DNA of 64,000 nt from Mobula hypostoma. Lineage: Eukaryota. Both the position numbers and the translations under genes were made by a program. A model generated the notes under the pieces. It worked only from the letters and a program-made list of their open reading frames with translations, was not told where the DNA came from and searched no databases. Each line of letters starts with the position of its first letter. The first letter of the stretch is position 1. The DNA lies in assembly GCF_963921235.1 (NCBI RefSeq), contig NC_086109.1, positions 28,274,001 through 28,338,000 of the forward strand. Direction: 5' to 3'. Of this stretch, positions 49,871 to 63,725 are shown in pieces.

Positions 49871-51949
49871 AAAAAAAGAATATGTAGCTGTTACTTGGAA
49901 ATTATGTGTCTAAAAATACAAATGATTCACAACAGAGAATGAGGATGTGCAAGTTTACTTTTTGAATTGTTTGAAGTACAGCCATAAAGGCTGACACGTT
50001 CATCATGCAACAGTGAATTGCAGTTTATCTTTACTATTCATTTTTCATCTCCTTACATTAGGCAGAGCATAATAAACTTGGTTATTTTGTGCTTTTGCTA
50101 AGATAAGTTTAATACTCAAAAGAATGAAAATTCAAAAGAAACAGTTGCCGGAAATGTGAAATAAATACAGAAAGTGCTGAAAATGAATAGCAGGTCAGCA
50201 GCATCCATGGAAAGAGAAATACTTAGGATTTCAGGTCCAGGTCAGCGTCCTGCCTGCCCTGCTCTGTCTTTCTAGCACTTTGTTTTTATTCAAATACCAA
50301 ATATGTGACCAGAATCATTAACCAAAGGCTTGGCCAAAATTCAGCAGAATTTTTTGCATTCAAAGTTATGGATTCCAGAGAGGGAACCCAAATACATGAC
50401 CCCTGGGCACCTGCTCCACTCTACACCAAAGATAGAAACCTTGTGCACTGCCTACAACCATCTCTCCCGCACAATCTCTCCGATGCTTATTACCAACACT
50501 TCACTCATGTTCATTGGAATTCAGTTGAATCATCTTTTGCCTTTCTTCATTCCATTGTATCATCAGGGAGAACAGAGTCTCTTCGAACAGTATGAAGTAA
50601 ATTCAAGATCTGAGCTTTGAGTGATCTAATGTTTCAACTCACTGGCTGATGTCACCCTCCACTAATTACACTTCTTGCATCTATGAATTTCAATTGAATT
50701 TCTACTTGGAATCACTCACTTGCATTTTACATTAATGTAGCTGAGAATGGACGGACATACAACTCATAATTCTAGTAATAAAATTAATGAAATCTGCATT
50801 ACTCACCGTCATTCTTTTTTCTGTTAATCAGCAGTGTAAATGCAAGGTCAAACATGATAAATCACAATCATAAATAACCATTCATTGTAAACCATTGAAA
50901 AAATGAACTCTCTTGACTTCATGGTACTTCGAAATAAACAGGTTTCATGTAGCACAGGGAATGATGATTTTCAAGCAAAAAGAGGCTTGTATCCGTAAAA
51001 TGCTTGTTCCAATTTTCCAAAGATTCTCAAAGTACATGAAAGACAATTGATTACTTTGCCACGAGTAGCCATTGTCATGTTAGCAGATCCATCAGACATT
51101 TTAAACACAGAACAAAGCTACAAAGCAACAATAATATAAATGGTGGTCTCAATTTGTACATGAAGGAACAGTAGCCAGGACAACACGAGAATGCTCAGAT
51201 CTCCTCTGAATTCTTTCTTTGTTTCAGTGGCTGTCTCTGGGAAGAAGAATCTCAGGGTTGTATACTGCAAACATACTTTGATAATAAATGTACTTCGATT
51301 TTTTGAGTGCTTTGAGTAACGTCACAAGATTTTGAAAAATGGATATGGCTTTACCTGATGTTTCATCAGACATCAAATAACTTTGATATATCTCTGGGTT
51401 CAGTGGAATTGGATTTAAACCTTGGACAGATCATCAAGTCTCCGTAAGGCGTCAGTAATATTAAAACTATAATATAAACCTATAGCAAAGGAAAAAATTG
51501 CCCTCATAATGCACTTTTTTAATTGAACTTTCTACATTTTCCATTTGAAGGAGGTGTAATATTAAGACTGCCAACAGACAAACTTTCCTCCCTGACTTTC
51601 CTACAAAACATCAAAGGATAGAAATTTCCACTAGCATTAAGATGAAAGGTATATGCTCCTCTAGAAAGGGTTTATTTGGATGAAGAAAGAAAATTACTAA
51701 AACCTTGCCCTGAACTCTCTCCAACAGCCAAGAAAAGCAAAAGGCTAATTGGAAAGATGGTAAAAAACAAGAGTACAATTTACCCTGACAAGAATATTGT
51801 GCTATTCACATGAAAGGATCCATCCGTGTCTGACAGTGGAAGGAATTTGATCAAAGGCTTTTAAGGAGCAAGATGTGACATAGCAGGAATTGGATACTAA
51901 TAGACATTAGCAGAGAACAGGTGAACAACCAAATTACTAGAGGTATATG

Positions 51950-52762
51950 CACATAGTCGGTAGCCACTTTATTATGTACCCAAGAAAGTGGCCACTGAGT
52001 ATGTTCTTGTGTTCTTGGTATTCTGCTGCTGTAGCGCATCTACTTCAAGGTCGGAAGTGTTGTGCATTCAGAGATGCTCTTCTGCACACCACTGTTATTA
52101 TGTGTTGTAATTTGAATTACTATTGCCTTCCCATCATCTTGAAACTGTTGGGCCATTCTCCTCTGACCTCTCTCAATATCAAGGCACTTTAGCCCATAAA
52201 ACTTCCTCTCACTAGATGTTTTTGGTTTCTCAGACCATTTCCTGTAAACTCTAGAGACCATTGTATGTGAAAATCCCAAGAGATCGGCAGTTTCTGAGGT
52301 ACTCAAATCACCCTGAAGGGCACCAACAATTATTCCATGGCCAAAATCACATAGATCATATTTCTTCCCTATTCTGATGTTTGGTCTGAACAACAATTGA
52401 ACCTCTTGACCACGCCTGCATGCTTTTATGCATTGAGTTGACTGACACATGATTGGCTGATTAGATATTTGCATTAATAAGCAGATGTACATATGTACCT
52501 AACAAGGGGAGGGAGGGAACGTTGACTCAGGCCATGAGTGGCCTGCATCGGGCATTTTCATGCCTTACAAGACGTAGATTGGAAGTCTGTGTGGGACGCC
52601 ACTCCTCGCACAGACTAGAGCGATGTGTGATTAAGTGCCTTGCTCAAGGACACAAACACGCTGCCCCAGCTGAGGCTCAAACTAGCGACCTTGAGATCAC
52701 TAGACAAACGCCTTAACCACTTGGCCATGTGCCTACACAATAACATAGTGGCCACCAAGTGT
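51950..52762 (-). mobile_element. Non-autonomous Tc1 element (same family as 32282-32828), interrupted by a SINE
   Basis: DLCDFGHGIIVGA...STSETADLLGFSHTMVSRVYRKW; TIR motif gccactttatta.gtac. Confidence 0.85.
52505..52740 (-). mobile_element. tRNA-derived SINE inserted in the Tc1 TIR
   Basis: Minus strand ggcacatggccaagtggttaaggcg...tgtgtccttgagcaaggcacttaatcacac. Confidence 0.8.
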
Positions 52763-53019
52763 CAACTACATCCTTTATCCATCCTTTTCTTACATTCTGA
52801 GATAACTCTAGTAACTCAAGTATGAAACACGGTTGCCCTTCAAAACAAAATGGTTGATAGTTTGACTGTCTGGTTAACTTCTATATTTCTTACCATTAAC
52901 TTAATAATGGTACAACATATTTTCAAGTGCATGTGAGACCAATAGGCCTTCAGTTTCCTGTGTGTAGTTCACATTCCTTTATTTTTCTTCCTAGTGTTGT
53001 CTGATAGTTCCTCCCTTAT

Positions 53020-53023
<4 letters not shown>

Positions 53024-53064
<41 letters not shown>
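53024..53064. repeat. (CA)n microsatellite
   Basis: Direct inspection. Confidence 0.95.
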
Positions 53065-53066
<2 letters not shown>

Positions 53067-53289
53067 ACCTCTCTGGTTCGTTGACATCTACTTTGATACT
53101 CCATGATCCTGTTTCATTGATCTGAACAAAGGTGAGATGCTACACTTAAAAATATTCACCCATTAGGATTTAAAGTTCAAAGTACATTTATTATCAAAGT
53201 ATGTATGTTATATACAACCTTGAGGTTTGTTTCCTTACAGGCAGCAGCACAAAAAAAAAATGAAATCCAGTAGAACCCTTTAAATAAAA

Positions 53290-53544
53290 GGAAAGGTACG
53301 TCACATCCGGTGTTTCTCCGGTTAGCGGACGATTTCCCTCCACGTCTCTCTGACATAGTGGGGAACTGCGAACGAGGCAAGTTACAGCAGTGGCTTCTGC
53401 CTTCTGCCGGGTGAGTTTCCAAAGAGAACACCAGCTCCTAACCCAGCATGGATGGACAGCGTTCAGGGGAGCCGGCTGGATTTGAACTCAAGACCTTTCG
53501 TCCCGAAGTCCGACACTGATGCCACTACGCCACCAGCCGGGTCT
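53290..53544 (-). mobile_element. Young tRNA-derived SINE
   Basis: A box TGGCGTAGTGG and B box GTTCAAATCC on minus; perfect 12-bp TSD ctttaaataaaa (53278-53289 / 53545-53556). Confidence 0.88.
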
Positions 53545-55704
53545 CTTTAAATAAAATACAATCAAAAACTCAACATGCAAAAATGAAGAGCTAAACGCCA
53601 GCCCATCCCTTGCCTCCGGCCCCGACAACCTGACCTTTTCAATCTGGTCCAGAGCTCAAAATGCCGAAACATCGGCTCATTCTTTGCTCTTGGACTTGGA
53701 CCCTGCTGCATCAATGCACTTTCGAGCTCGGGCTCTGCTGCCTCGATTTGGCCCATGCCTGACACTTCGAACTTGGTTTGGCAGTTAAATCGGCCAAACA
53801 TCGGCTCATCCCTTGCTCCCAGGCCCAGGCCAGCTCGATTCTGCTTCACCTCGCCTCAGATCTGCTGCTTTGAATCTGCCCTAAGTCGGCTACTGCAATG
53901 GCCAGAGATTGGCTCAATCCTCAGTCTTGGGCCTAGGCCCCTCTGTCTCAATTCAGCCCATACACACCATGCTACAACTGTTCTGCTCCTTCAAGACTTA
54001 TATTCACACCACAAGAATGACAGGTTGCACAGGTGGTTCAAAAGCTTAACACTGAAAGGTAAGTTATTAGGCTACTAATCGCAATGGTCGTTGTCAAGAA
54101 AAAGCATGATTGATAAAGTAGTTAGTAGATTTGTTGCTGCCAGTAAGGCATCGCTGTGTTTCACTAGCAGCATCTGAGGTCGCCGGTCAGGTAATGGTAA
54201 ATGTACCCCGGATGAGCCCCCATCTGTTGTGCTTGTGAACTGAATTACTGGAACTCAAACTGGAGGATATAAGCAGCCCTACTAGAAGGCTATTTCTGTT
54301 CTCCCCTCTTTTAACAGAAAATTGATGTTTATACCTTAAAAACAACTATAAATGATTAACTACATGGCAAAATTAACTCGATGGCAAAATTACCAACTTA
54401 ACCTTAACACTGAGTGTAGATAGATAACTTTTGCAGAATCTCATATTTGCAATGGAAGCACATTCCAATTGGCAGAACCTGTTTGGATATGCAAATACTG
54501 ATGACTGTTCCAAGGGGTTTAGAGCACTAACAACAAACAGTCAATTTATAATGCTATTGTTATAGAGTTGGGTGATGGCTTCTTGGATATAAAAACACCC
54601 AGAGTATTAAATTGCAAAGCATCATGTGTCCCGAACTATGTACTAAGTATCTTTAATGATGTATGGTACATGAGATACTAATGAATGGTTTCCCTGATCT
54701 CATCATGAGGGTTTTATTGAGTGTCAATTAACACGAACAATCTGCAGTCTCTCCCTGCATTGTTGTAATAATATAGTATCAGTATTGTAATATGGAATCA
54801 GTGAACCATCATAACCAATGATTAGTTTTTAAGTGTGTGAAGTCAAGTTGTGGACAGTTTTGTTTTGAAAATGAGTTCTATTAAATTAATGCCTGCCATC
54901 CAAAAATTTCCAAAACTCCAAAATAATCTTAAATACTCTCTCCCTGGTCCAGTAAAGTTAACGGGAAAACAAATCCATATTTATTATGCAGTTCGCTTAT
55001 CTTTGTGTTTTTATTCAAAAATTTGCTGGAATTAACCCTCAATATGAATATGAACATTTGAGATTTTCCTAGGCCAGCTCAATACCTTTCAGTAAGGTGG
55101 GGGCTTGGATTGGCTGTGTTGCTTGTTAATAAAAATATTTGCTGTGGTTACCAATGATAAAATAACTGCACTAATTCAAAAATTCCTACAACTTTTAAAG
55201 TGACTCAGAAGGCTTTCTAATTCTTTGGCTGTTTTAGCACATTTGAAAACAGGAGGGGAAGAGTGGCCAGGCAAAATTGAATTGAGATGAAACCATATGT
55301 GGAGGAACAAAGTGGAGACAGGGAAGATAGCTGCTTGAATTCTCTGTTTCATGGCTGATGGCTAGGATGTTAATCTATATCAAATGCATGCCAGATGTGT
55401 TGTCAGTTTTGGCATTTGGTGTAACCTGCAGTTCATTAGGCTGTAGTTCAGGATCGTTACATTAAGCCATGGCCAGAAGCTGTGATGTGGTTGTGGTGGA
55501 GTTTGACTGAAGATCAGTACACAAAACTCTGGCACTGCTTCCAGCATGAACAGGAGCTTATGAAAATACTCTCCTTGGAGCAATTTAAGAGAAACACTCT
55601 TTAGCTTGTGTTTGTCATTTGGAAAATAACAGCAGGGGTCATGGTCCTAGTATGATACAGCCTCCACCTGCTTGTCACATCCCCACTTTTTTTCTCCTTC
55701 AAAC

Positions 55705-56235
55705 ATAACACCATAAGACGTAGGAGAAGTGTTAAGACATCTGGCCCATCAAGTCTGCTCTGCTATTCCATCATATCTGTCTCAATCCCATTCGCCTGCC
55801 TTCTCCCTGTAACCTTTGATGCCTTTACTAATCAGCAACCTATCTGTCTCTGCTTTAAATATACCCAATGATTCAGCCTCCACAGCTGAAGGTGGCAAAG
55901 AATTGCACTGATTCGCCATGCTCTGGCTAAAGAAATTCCTCCTCATCTCTATTCTAAAGAGACAATCTTGTAATCTGAGGCTGTGTCTTCCGGTCCTAGA
56001 CTTCCTCACTATAGGAAACAGCTTCTCCGCATCCACTCTAGTTAGGCTTTACAATATTCGGTAGGCTTCTCCTCACTTTTCTAAACTCTGTCGAGCTCAT
56101 TCTCAGAGCCCTCAAACGCTCCTTATATGTTAACTAATTCATTCCTGGGATCATTCTTGTGAAGCTCCTCTGGACTCTCTCCAATGCCAGCACTTAGATA
56201 AAGGGCACAAAACCACTCATAATACGTGAAGTGCA
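55705..56235 (-). mobile_element. CR1 LINE 3' end
   Basis: DAEKLFP...SRTGRHSL...MRRNFFSQ...NSLP...FKAETDR motifs. Confidence 0.85.
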
Positions 56236-57130
56236 GAGTATTCACTATGAAATATAGAGAACAGAGTCTCTGTGGTACCAAGTTCTATGTCCAAACAAAG
56301 CTAGCAGTGCTAAAACCTATAAGTCATTTCCACAATAGACAGTCCACATAGATTGTACGGGAAAATAATTCAATGCTTGAAAATCAGTCTTCTTGAGCAA
56401 ATAAGTATAACTAAACATGGGTACTTATATTATTTGGGTGAACTGATGAATGCTCCCTAATATATTCACTCTGGCATTATTTGGTGTTTTAGTTAGTATT
56501 CCTGCTGTTCCATCACTGATATATTATTTTCATCAGTTCAACTGTAAATAACTTCTGCTTCTACTTTTGTTGGTTATGTCCAATTACACTTATTTTTATA
56601 ATATTAGTTACAAACACTTTGCCTGTTACATATGATTTAAAGGCTTCAAAATAATATATTCCAACTGCTTGTTCACCAGTGTTTGTTATAATTTCATGGG
56701 ATTTGGTGCTCATTGTTTCGTAGTGGTTAAATCAAGACCCCATATAACTCTCAGCTTGAATTTCTGGAGTGTTTTTCTCACCAGCTCCCAATTTTGTCTG
56801 TAACGGGGGAGCAATGGAACCCTCAAGAACATGGCTCTAATGTACTTTTCTGAGACACTAACCAATCTCCTGTTGAGGAAGGCTTAAGACTGAAATCACC
56901 TCTGAGGAATTATAGGAAGTATTGTTAACAAATGTAACAGAAATCCTGAAGAACCAATGAGAAATCCTGCAGCTTTCTTGTTAAGTCAGAGATGATGATC
57001 CAAGATTTCTGTTGGCATTTGTTGGCTAGAAATATGTATTCTGTGGAGTCATTAAAGTCACATATAACATTTATATGCATCATTTTATGCAACTCAATTT
57101 ACTGACCTCAGCATACCATTATATTTTAAT

Positions 57131-57345
57131 GCAGCACACACAAAATGCTGGAGGAACTCTGCAGGCCAGGTGTCATCAATGGAAATAAATAAATAGTCAA
57201 CATTTTGGGCCGAGATCCTTCTTCAAGTCTCGGCCTGAAACATCAAGTATTTATTTGTTTCCATAGATGCTGATTTGCCGATTTTTCCAGCATTTCGTAT
57301 GTGTTGCTTTGGATTTCCGGCATCTGCGGACTTTCTTGTGTTTAT
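57131..57345 (+). mobile_element. Older Penelope-derived fold-back insertion
   Basis: Inverted arms gcagcacacacaaaatgctgga...ggccgaga / tctcggcc...tccagcatttcgtatgtgttgc. Confidence 0.75.
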
Positions 57346-59905
57346 AAAATTTTGATTGTGGATTCATACTGGTGGTTTCAATAAAACAATGCTAGTAAAT
57401 AAACACAATCTTCAGGTGCACAACTCCCAAACAGGAAGTACAGCTGTTAAGCATAAGCAGAACTGAGCTTTCAAGAGCAGTTTGCCAAGCATCTGACTCT
57501 ACATAGAGATTGTGGATCTTGGCTTGGATAGCCCTTCCTGAGAATCTCTTCAAGTTACGAAAGAAATCCTCCGACTTTGCCTTAGGTATATTTTAGAGTT
57601 CAAAAATGTATTTTAAATTTTAGTTGAGTAGATTTAAAATGAAGATTTTATAAATTAATTATGTCAAAAAATACAGGTATTCTACTAAACTTGGCTATGA
57701 TCTTTCAGCGATTGGATCAAAATCTTCCACCTGCAGTCTTAATGTCTAAATAATAAAAAATAAACATATAAAGCTGGTAAAGATGAAATGGCATAACTCC
57801 ATAATGTAGCTGTAGTGCCAAATAGGAAAAAGATAAGTAATCTGAAACATACTACAAGTTGGCTTCCCAGTGACTGTTCTTCAGGACATTGGCTTGTGCC
57901 TGCAATTCCCAACAGGATAACTTTCTCAAATCAGTTGCAATAAACAGCAAAAGTGTGTGAGGTGTTGAAGGGCTTCTCATTGCAAAATGACAGATTGTCT
58001 AAGAGGAAAAACTTACAGTATAAGTGGAGTAAATAACAAAAAAATGTGCAGGCAGAAACAGCACAAAGCCTGATCAATAATAACGTAACAACTGGAAATT
58101 CAGTTGAATTTGTACTATTGGTCCTCAGTTTCCTCCAGGTGCTCTCGATTTGTCTTACTTCTCTGAAACATATGCGTTGTGTGTTAATTGGCCTTTACAA
58201 TTTGTCCCTGCTATAAAGGTGAACAGTAGAATCTGTGAAAGATTGAGAATATGTGGAATATAACTGGATTGGTTTACATGGCTGTTTATCGTTGTTTCAG
58301 ACATGGTGGGCTGAAGACTCTGTTTGTGTACTGTCTGACTTAAAGACAATATTAAAAATAGATCAATCAGGATTGAAACTGTAAACAATCATTTCACACA
58401 AAGACTGGAGAAGAATTAGCTTTCAGTTAGAAGAGGAAATTAAATATATGAAATTAAAACAGAAAATTAATAATTTCCTTCAGCCATGATGCAATTGATC
58501 TGAATTTTGCAGCCAGCTTTAAAAAGGGAGGAAGTCTGCTGCCCACAAAGATCGATTCTCTTTGTGGCACCAACTTCCCCTTTACCAATGCTGGTAGCTA
58601 GCAGGCTTCACTGAAGTGAATGTCTGAGTTATATCAGTTAGTATCTCATCACATTGCTTGAGCAAATACTGCCAGTGGAGAATTCTTACTTAACTTATAG
58701 CTAATATTTTAACCATCTGACTAAGTAAAGTTTGGAATAAATACACAAACCAGAGTAACATTATGAACAAAGATTGTGTAAATGCAGTTAAAATGATTCT
58801 TTTAACATCCATTGTATTCTGCAATATTATTTCTATGAGGATATCACAATCCACTTGTGTAATTACCCAAAATTGTTAGTTAGCAGTGAACAGCCCTTGC
58901 TAAGCATGAACACCCCCAAAAAAATCAAAATTCTCAATTAAACTTAAGAGATTTTACAGATACTGAAAACCTTGTATAACACATGCAGTTTTGGAGAAAG
59001 TTAGCAAGTCAGGCAGCATTTACGGAAGGGAATAAACAACTAGGGTTCAGGCTGAGACCTTAGCCCAAAATGTCACCAGTTTATTCCTCTCCATAGATGC
59101 TGATTGACTTCTAAATCTTTATTTACCTTGTTCTGATCTCCAGAAATCAATATGCATGCTCAATAGAAACTTACAGTTCAACTGCAAAAACTCTGTCTGA
59201 TCTTCCACTTGCAATTACTGACAAGCAAAACAAGCTTTGTTCTTGAAATGACTTTGACAGTGTGATGAACCTTGACCCAAGCTCACCTGCTACCAAATCT
59301 TCCAAAATACATTGGAAAGTTTTTATGATTCAAGAATATTTCAAAAATATTTTTAAAAATCATACTCTCAAACTGTTTAAAAACATTAAAATAACTATGA
59401 CATTATAAAATATTTAAAGAAGTGCAAATAATATTTTAAAATCTGAAAATGCACACAATTTCTTTAATCCCTACAGCCATTCCTCTCCAATGGGATCAAT
59501 TCAGGGAAATTTTTAGATTTAATTTTGCAGTATAATTCCTGAGGAAGAAAACAAACTTATGCCTGCAGATGGACAACATATAAGGACCATCATTAGAGTG
59601 AAATCAGGAAATGCCAAACATTCTGTAGCAACTGAATGTGTCTAAACTGACCATGAAAGCCTCAAACTTCCACGTGGAACAAATGCATTGTTATGAACTC
59701 TGCAGCTTGCTGTAGAGCTTTGGGCTTCCAGGTTTCTCAAACACCTGTATTTACTAATTGTTATCTTAACTAGAGCTGTTAAGCCCATGTGTTTTTGGTT
59801 TAATCATGTCAAGTTAATTGTGACTGGCACAGGTTTCCTATACTCTTTGATTATTTAAAGGGGAATCTAGCACTGGTAGAAATGGAAGACCCCATGTGCC
59901 ATCTA

Positions 59906-59966
59906 GGCAATGGCAATGGCATTGGCATTGGCATTGGCAATGGCGCTGGCGCTGGCGCAGGCGCAG
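59906..59966. repeat. Compound hexanucleotide repeat (GGCAAT/GGCATT/GGCGCT/GGCGCA)
   Basis: About 10 units, by direct inspection. Confidence 0.9.
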
Positions 59967-60873
59967 AGTCCTTGTGCTTGTGGAGAATAGTTTGGCCTTG
60001 TGGTATTGCTTGGCTGTGCATCCAAAGCTCTTTTTGCAACCTATGTATTACCTTTTGTTTTCTTCTCTAATGACAGTCTGCAATTCCTCAGTTGTTGCCA
60101 GTGCTCATGGTGACAGAGTCTACCTTTCCATTTCTTCTCATCTGGGTCCAGTCTTGTCAGCTTATGCTGTGACATGCCCACAATGTCAGCCCGACATTAT
60201 ATTGTTAGAGGCATCATTTGCTTAGCTTCTAAAAGCTTAAATGGCATTAAAACCTCATTTAGTCCTAATGCAATACTAAAATATTTTAGGGGATTTTCAT
60301 AAAAGGCTTGAACTATTTATAAATTTAACTGATTTACATTAATTAAACTGAAGAGGAGAGTTAAGTTGTGCAGCTTATAGTGGCGATTTGAGTCACTATA
60401 AGGGGCTTTGAGACTTGTATGTTAAGCTACACTTATACAGAAATCTTCAACCTGCTACTGGTTTCAAAGTATAATGTTATTGAATATTTTGCTGTTAATA
60501 GAATTGAAGAATCCTGGTTATCAAATGTAGTATCAAGAGCTGAATGATCATTATTTCCTTTATTTTCCAATGTTGTTGTAATATGTCACTGTTTAAAACA
60601 AGGTTAAAAATTAATCTATGTCAATGTATCATCAGAATCCTAAAAGTGTGCTATATTTACTTCCAAATTTTATATTGGTGATAAAAATACAGTAATATTT
60701 CATAAAGACAAATATTTTTATTCTGCCTCCATATATAGTTTTATATTTTGCTTTGGTTAGCTGTTCTTGAATTGTGCAATGGTTTATATTATTCATATTC
60801 ATGTTTTGATTTCAGCCGGTAATTTGTTAATATATGACTTTTAATCCAATTATAGTTAATTTTTTTCCTTCAG

Positions 60874-60919
60874 CTTGAACCATCATGTGTGCAAAGGAAA
60901 ATCTGTGTGCGGATGCTGA
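60874..60919 (+). CDS. Candidate terminal coding exon
   Basis: ttttttttccttcAG acceptor; reads LNHHVCKGKSVCGC* in the phase matching the end of 33906-33957 (alternative frame LEPSCVQRKICVRMLT*). Confidence 0.2.
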
Positions 60920-61829
60920 CGTGAAATGAAACTTTAAATAGACTGAAACTTCTCTCTAACTGGAATGAGGAAGAATTTGTCCGATTATTGGAAAAACCTT
61001 CTCTCTTCTAATTAACAAGGCAAAAAAACGAAGTGAAAATTGGAGGTCAGCTAACGTTAAAGGCACTGGGGGAATTCCTGTCAGTTCATTGAGAAAAATC
61101 TGATATTTTTCTATACAATCCATCTGAAGCTTCAGTTTTATTTGCATACCAATGCAAAGTTTATTCAAAGCCTTCAATGCAAATTAGGAATCCAATTCAG
61201 TGAGTGAGGCAACTCAGGGAAACTACTCAAATTCTAATTCTAAAACTGAACATTCAAGTATCAGAGGTAAATCTTATGAATGTAAATTAGATGATCATAG
61301 GTTAATTACTACTTACGCACATGGTATTGTTCGCACTACCCAGACTGGGACCCACCTGAATGAATTTTGTAACTTTTTGACTGTCTCATTACTCTGTTTA
61401 ATCTTGAGCACTCATGAAGAAGCAAGATCCCTGATTTGCTTTTTAACAATTATCAGAAGGTGATGAGAGCACTAATAGTTTTCCTTGAAAACATCTTTTG
61501 CAGGCTACCAAATTTCATGCCAATTTCAAGATAAGCAGTAAACCTACTCTAGGTAAATGGACCACAGGCACTTATTTCTTATTTGTGATGACTTTATCAT
61601 TATTTCTCCAATAGTTCAATTGCTATATTCAACGTAACATGATGCCTGTGGGCTTCTTAAAGGCAGTTGTCTCTGTGGACTAAGGGGAAGGATTATACTT
61701 TCCTTTATTCTCCCTTAGCTTACATTGCTGTTTATTGTTCTGAAAGCAGGCTTACGTTCTCAGTGTGAGAGATCTGAGTTCTACAATATCTTGCCTCAGG
61801 AGGGAACCCTACAAGTTGTTCAGTTGTAT

Positions 61830-62175
61830 TCAGAATCAGAATCTGAATTGGGTTTAATATCACCAGCATATGCCCTGAAATTTGTTAACACAGCGGCAGA
61901 AGTACAATGCAATACATGATAATATAGAAAAAAAAGTAAATCAATTACAGTAAATGTGTTATTTATATATGTTAAATTAAAAGTAGTGCAAACACAAATA
62001 ATATTTTTAAAAAGGGAGGTAGTGTTCATGGGTTCAATGTCTATTTAGGAATCGGATGGCAGAGGGGAAGAAGCTATTCGTGAATTGCTGAGTGTGCACC
62101 TTTAGGCTTCTACATCTCCTTCCTGCCAGTAACAATGAGAAGAGGGCTTGTCCTGGGTGATGGGGTTCTTAATAA
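61830..62175 (-). mobile_element. Rex/Babar-like LINE 3' end
   Basis: Paralogous to 20484-20860. Confidence 0.75.
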
Positions 62176-62854
62176 AATTTTTAGCTGAAAATGCAGAGCT
62201 GAAGGGCTAATGAGCTACCAGACTTTGTGCCCGGTCCTTGCAAAATTAGAACCAAACATCATTCTAAGTAAAGCAGCATGCAATGAATTTCTTGAAGCTT
62301 CCATTATTCAGGCAATGCTTTCATATCTGTAACATTTATATAATTTGGTATTCCATTGCTCTTTAACAAACTGCATATGCAGCATGAAATAAAGCTTTTA
62401 AAAAGCTTTATGGAGTGTAATGTTACTTGTGTCCCAGGAGAAGATTCCATTGTGTGGAGCAAGTAGCAGAGAGCTCATGAAATATTTAAATTATATTGTC
62501 GGAAGAATAAGGAAGGGGGGAACGATCTTGCACTGATGAAAGCAAGGTCTTTGACAGATTCAATTATTTGGCTAATTTTCCACATGTGCCTTTGTTAAGC
62601 ACTCTGTGATTACATGCCACCAATACTTAATCACAGGCTCAAATCATTTGCATATGATGAAAGAAACTTCAACTCTGAGGGAAATCCCCAAAACACAGAA
62701 GTGACTATTATAACAATTATTCAAATAATAAATGATTATAGTTCAAGGTTATTTGGTGATGAAATTTGTTATCTTGGCTGATGATGCAGTTGTGTTTATA
62801 GCCTGCAGGTGGTGCTTGAACTCTTTAAATGGGCAACTTGTGCATTTTAGAGAA

Positions 62855-63410
62855 AAGCAGTTAATGCTAGGAATACTCAACAGGCCTGGCTACATCTGAA
62901 GGAAGAGAAGCAGAGGTAATGTTTCAGGTTGAAGACTCTTACAACTGGGAAGGAGAGTAGAAAAGCTTTTCCAGACTTAATGTTGAAATCCACAACTTCA
63001 GCTAACTCTATTTCTCTGTTTTCATCAGTCCTCTGCTTGTGGTATTAGCTCTGCTTGTTATTCTTTTCGCTTTCTCTGTCAAAGTGGAGCAAACCACCAG
63101 CCTGACCAGCCAGCTATGCCCTTCTGCTCTGCATTTTGCAACTCCTGAATTTTTTTTTTGTCTATGTTCATCTGTCAGTTTTTCTCACTCTCCAACGGCT
63201 CACGTTCACCCTTTAACCTTGTTTACATCTTATTCCCATGGCCACTCCAGATTTATGCTATCAGAGACATGCCCCCCCCATCACTCTCCCTGCAGATTGA
63301 CGAGTTTTTCTGCTCTCCTTCCCAATACTGACAAAGGGTCTTTGTCTTGAAACATAAACTCTGTTTCCATACAACTTGAGCAGCTGAGTCTTAAAGCATT
63401 TCCTGTTTCT
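62855..63410 (+). mobile_element. Old Penelope-derived element with inverted termini
   Basis: atgctaggaatactcaacaggc...gtttcaggt at the left end and ctgacaaagggtc...tgaaaca...gctgagt...agcatt at the right end. Confidence 0.55.
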
Positions 63411-63429
63411 TCAGCACCCTTATTTTAAA

Positions 63430-63725
63430 AGATAGCTTTATTAATCACATCAACATCAAAACATGTAGTGACATGCATCACTTCCTGTCAACCCGGGGTA
63501 GCCCACAAGCATTGTCATGCTTCCTCCACCCACATAGAGTTCCCGCAACTTACTAACCCTAACCACTACTCTTGGAATGAGGAAGGAAAACGAAACACCT
63601 GGAGGAAAGCCACACGTGGAGAACGTACAAACTTCTTATAGACAGTGTTGGGAATTGGACGCTGATCAGTGATTTCTGGCACTGTAAAGCAATCGCGCAA
63701 AATGCTGTGCTACCATACTGCCTGT
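63430..63725 (-). mobile_element. V-SINE-like element
   Basis: Antisense V-domain ggaaaacgaaacacctggaggaaagccacacg...gagaacgtacaaact plus a tRNA-like head. Confidence 0.65.

Noticed and set aside
50305..50620. Two overlapping ~96-aa + strand ORFs with a plausible acceptor (50365) and donor (50590), a possible exon
   Set aside because: The minus strand shows decayed LINE RT motifs (IQLNSN..SEVLVI...VEQVPR..YLGS), so it is more likely an ancient LINE fragment.
53465..53544. tRNA-like sequences here and at 14440-14510 and 52660-52740
   Set aside because: Imperfect cloverleaves fused to SINE bodies (with a TSD here); SINE heads rather than tRNA genes.
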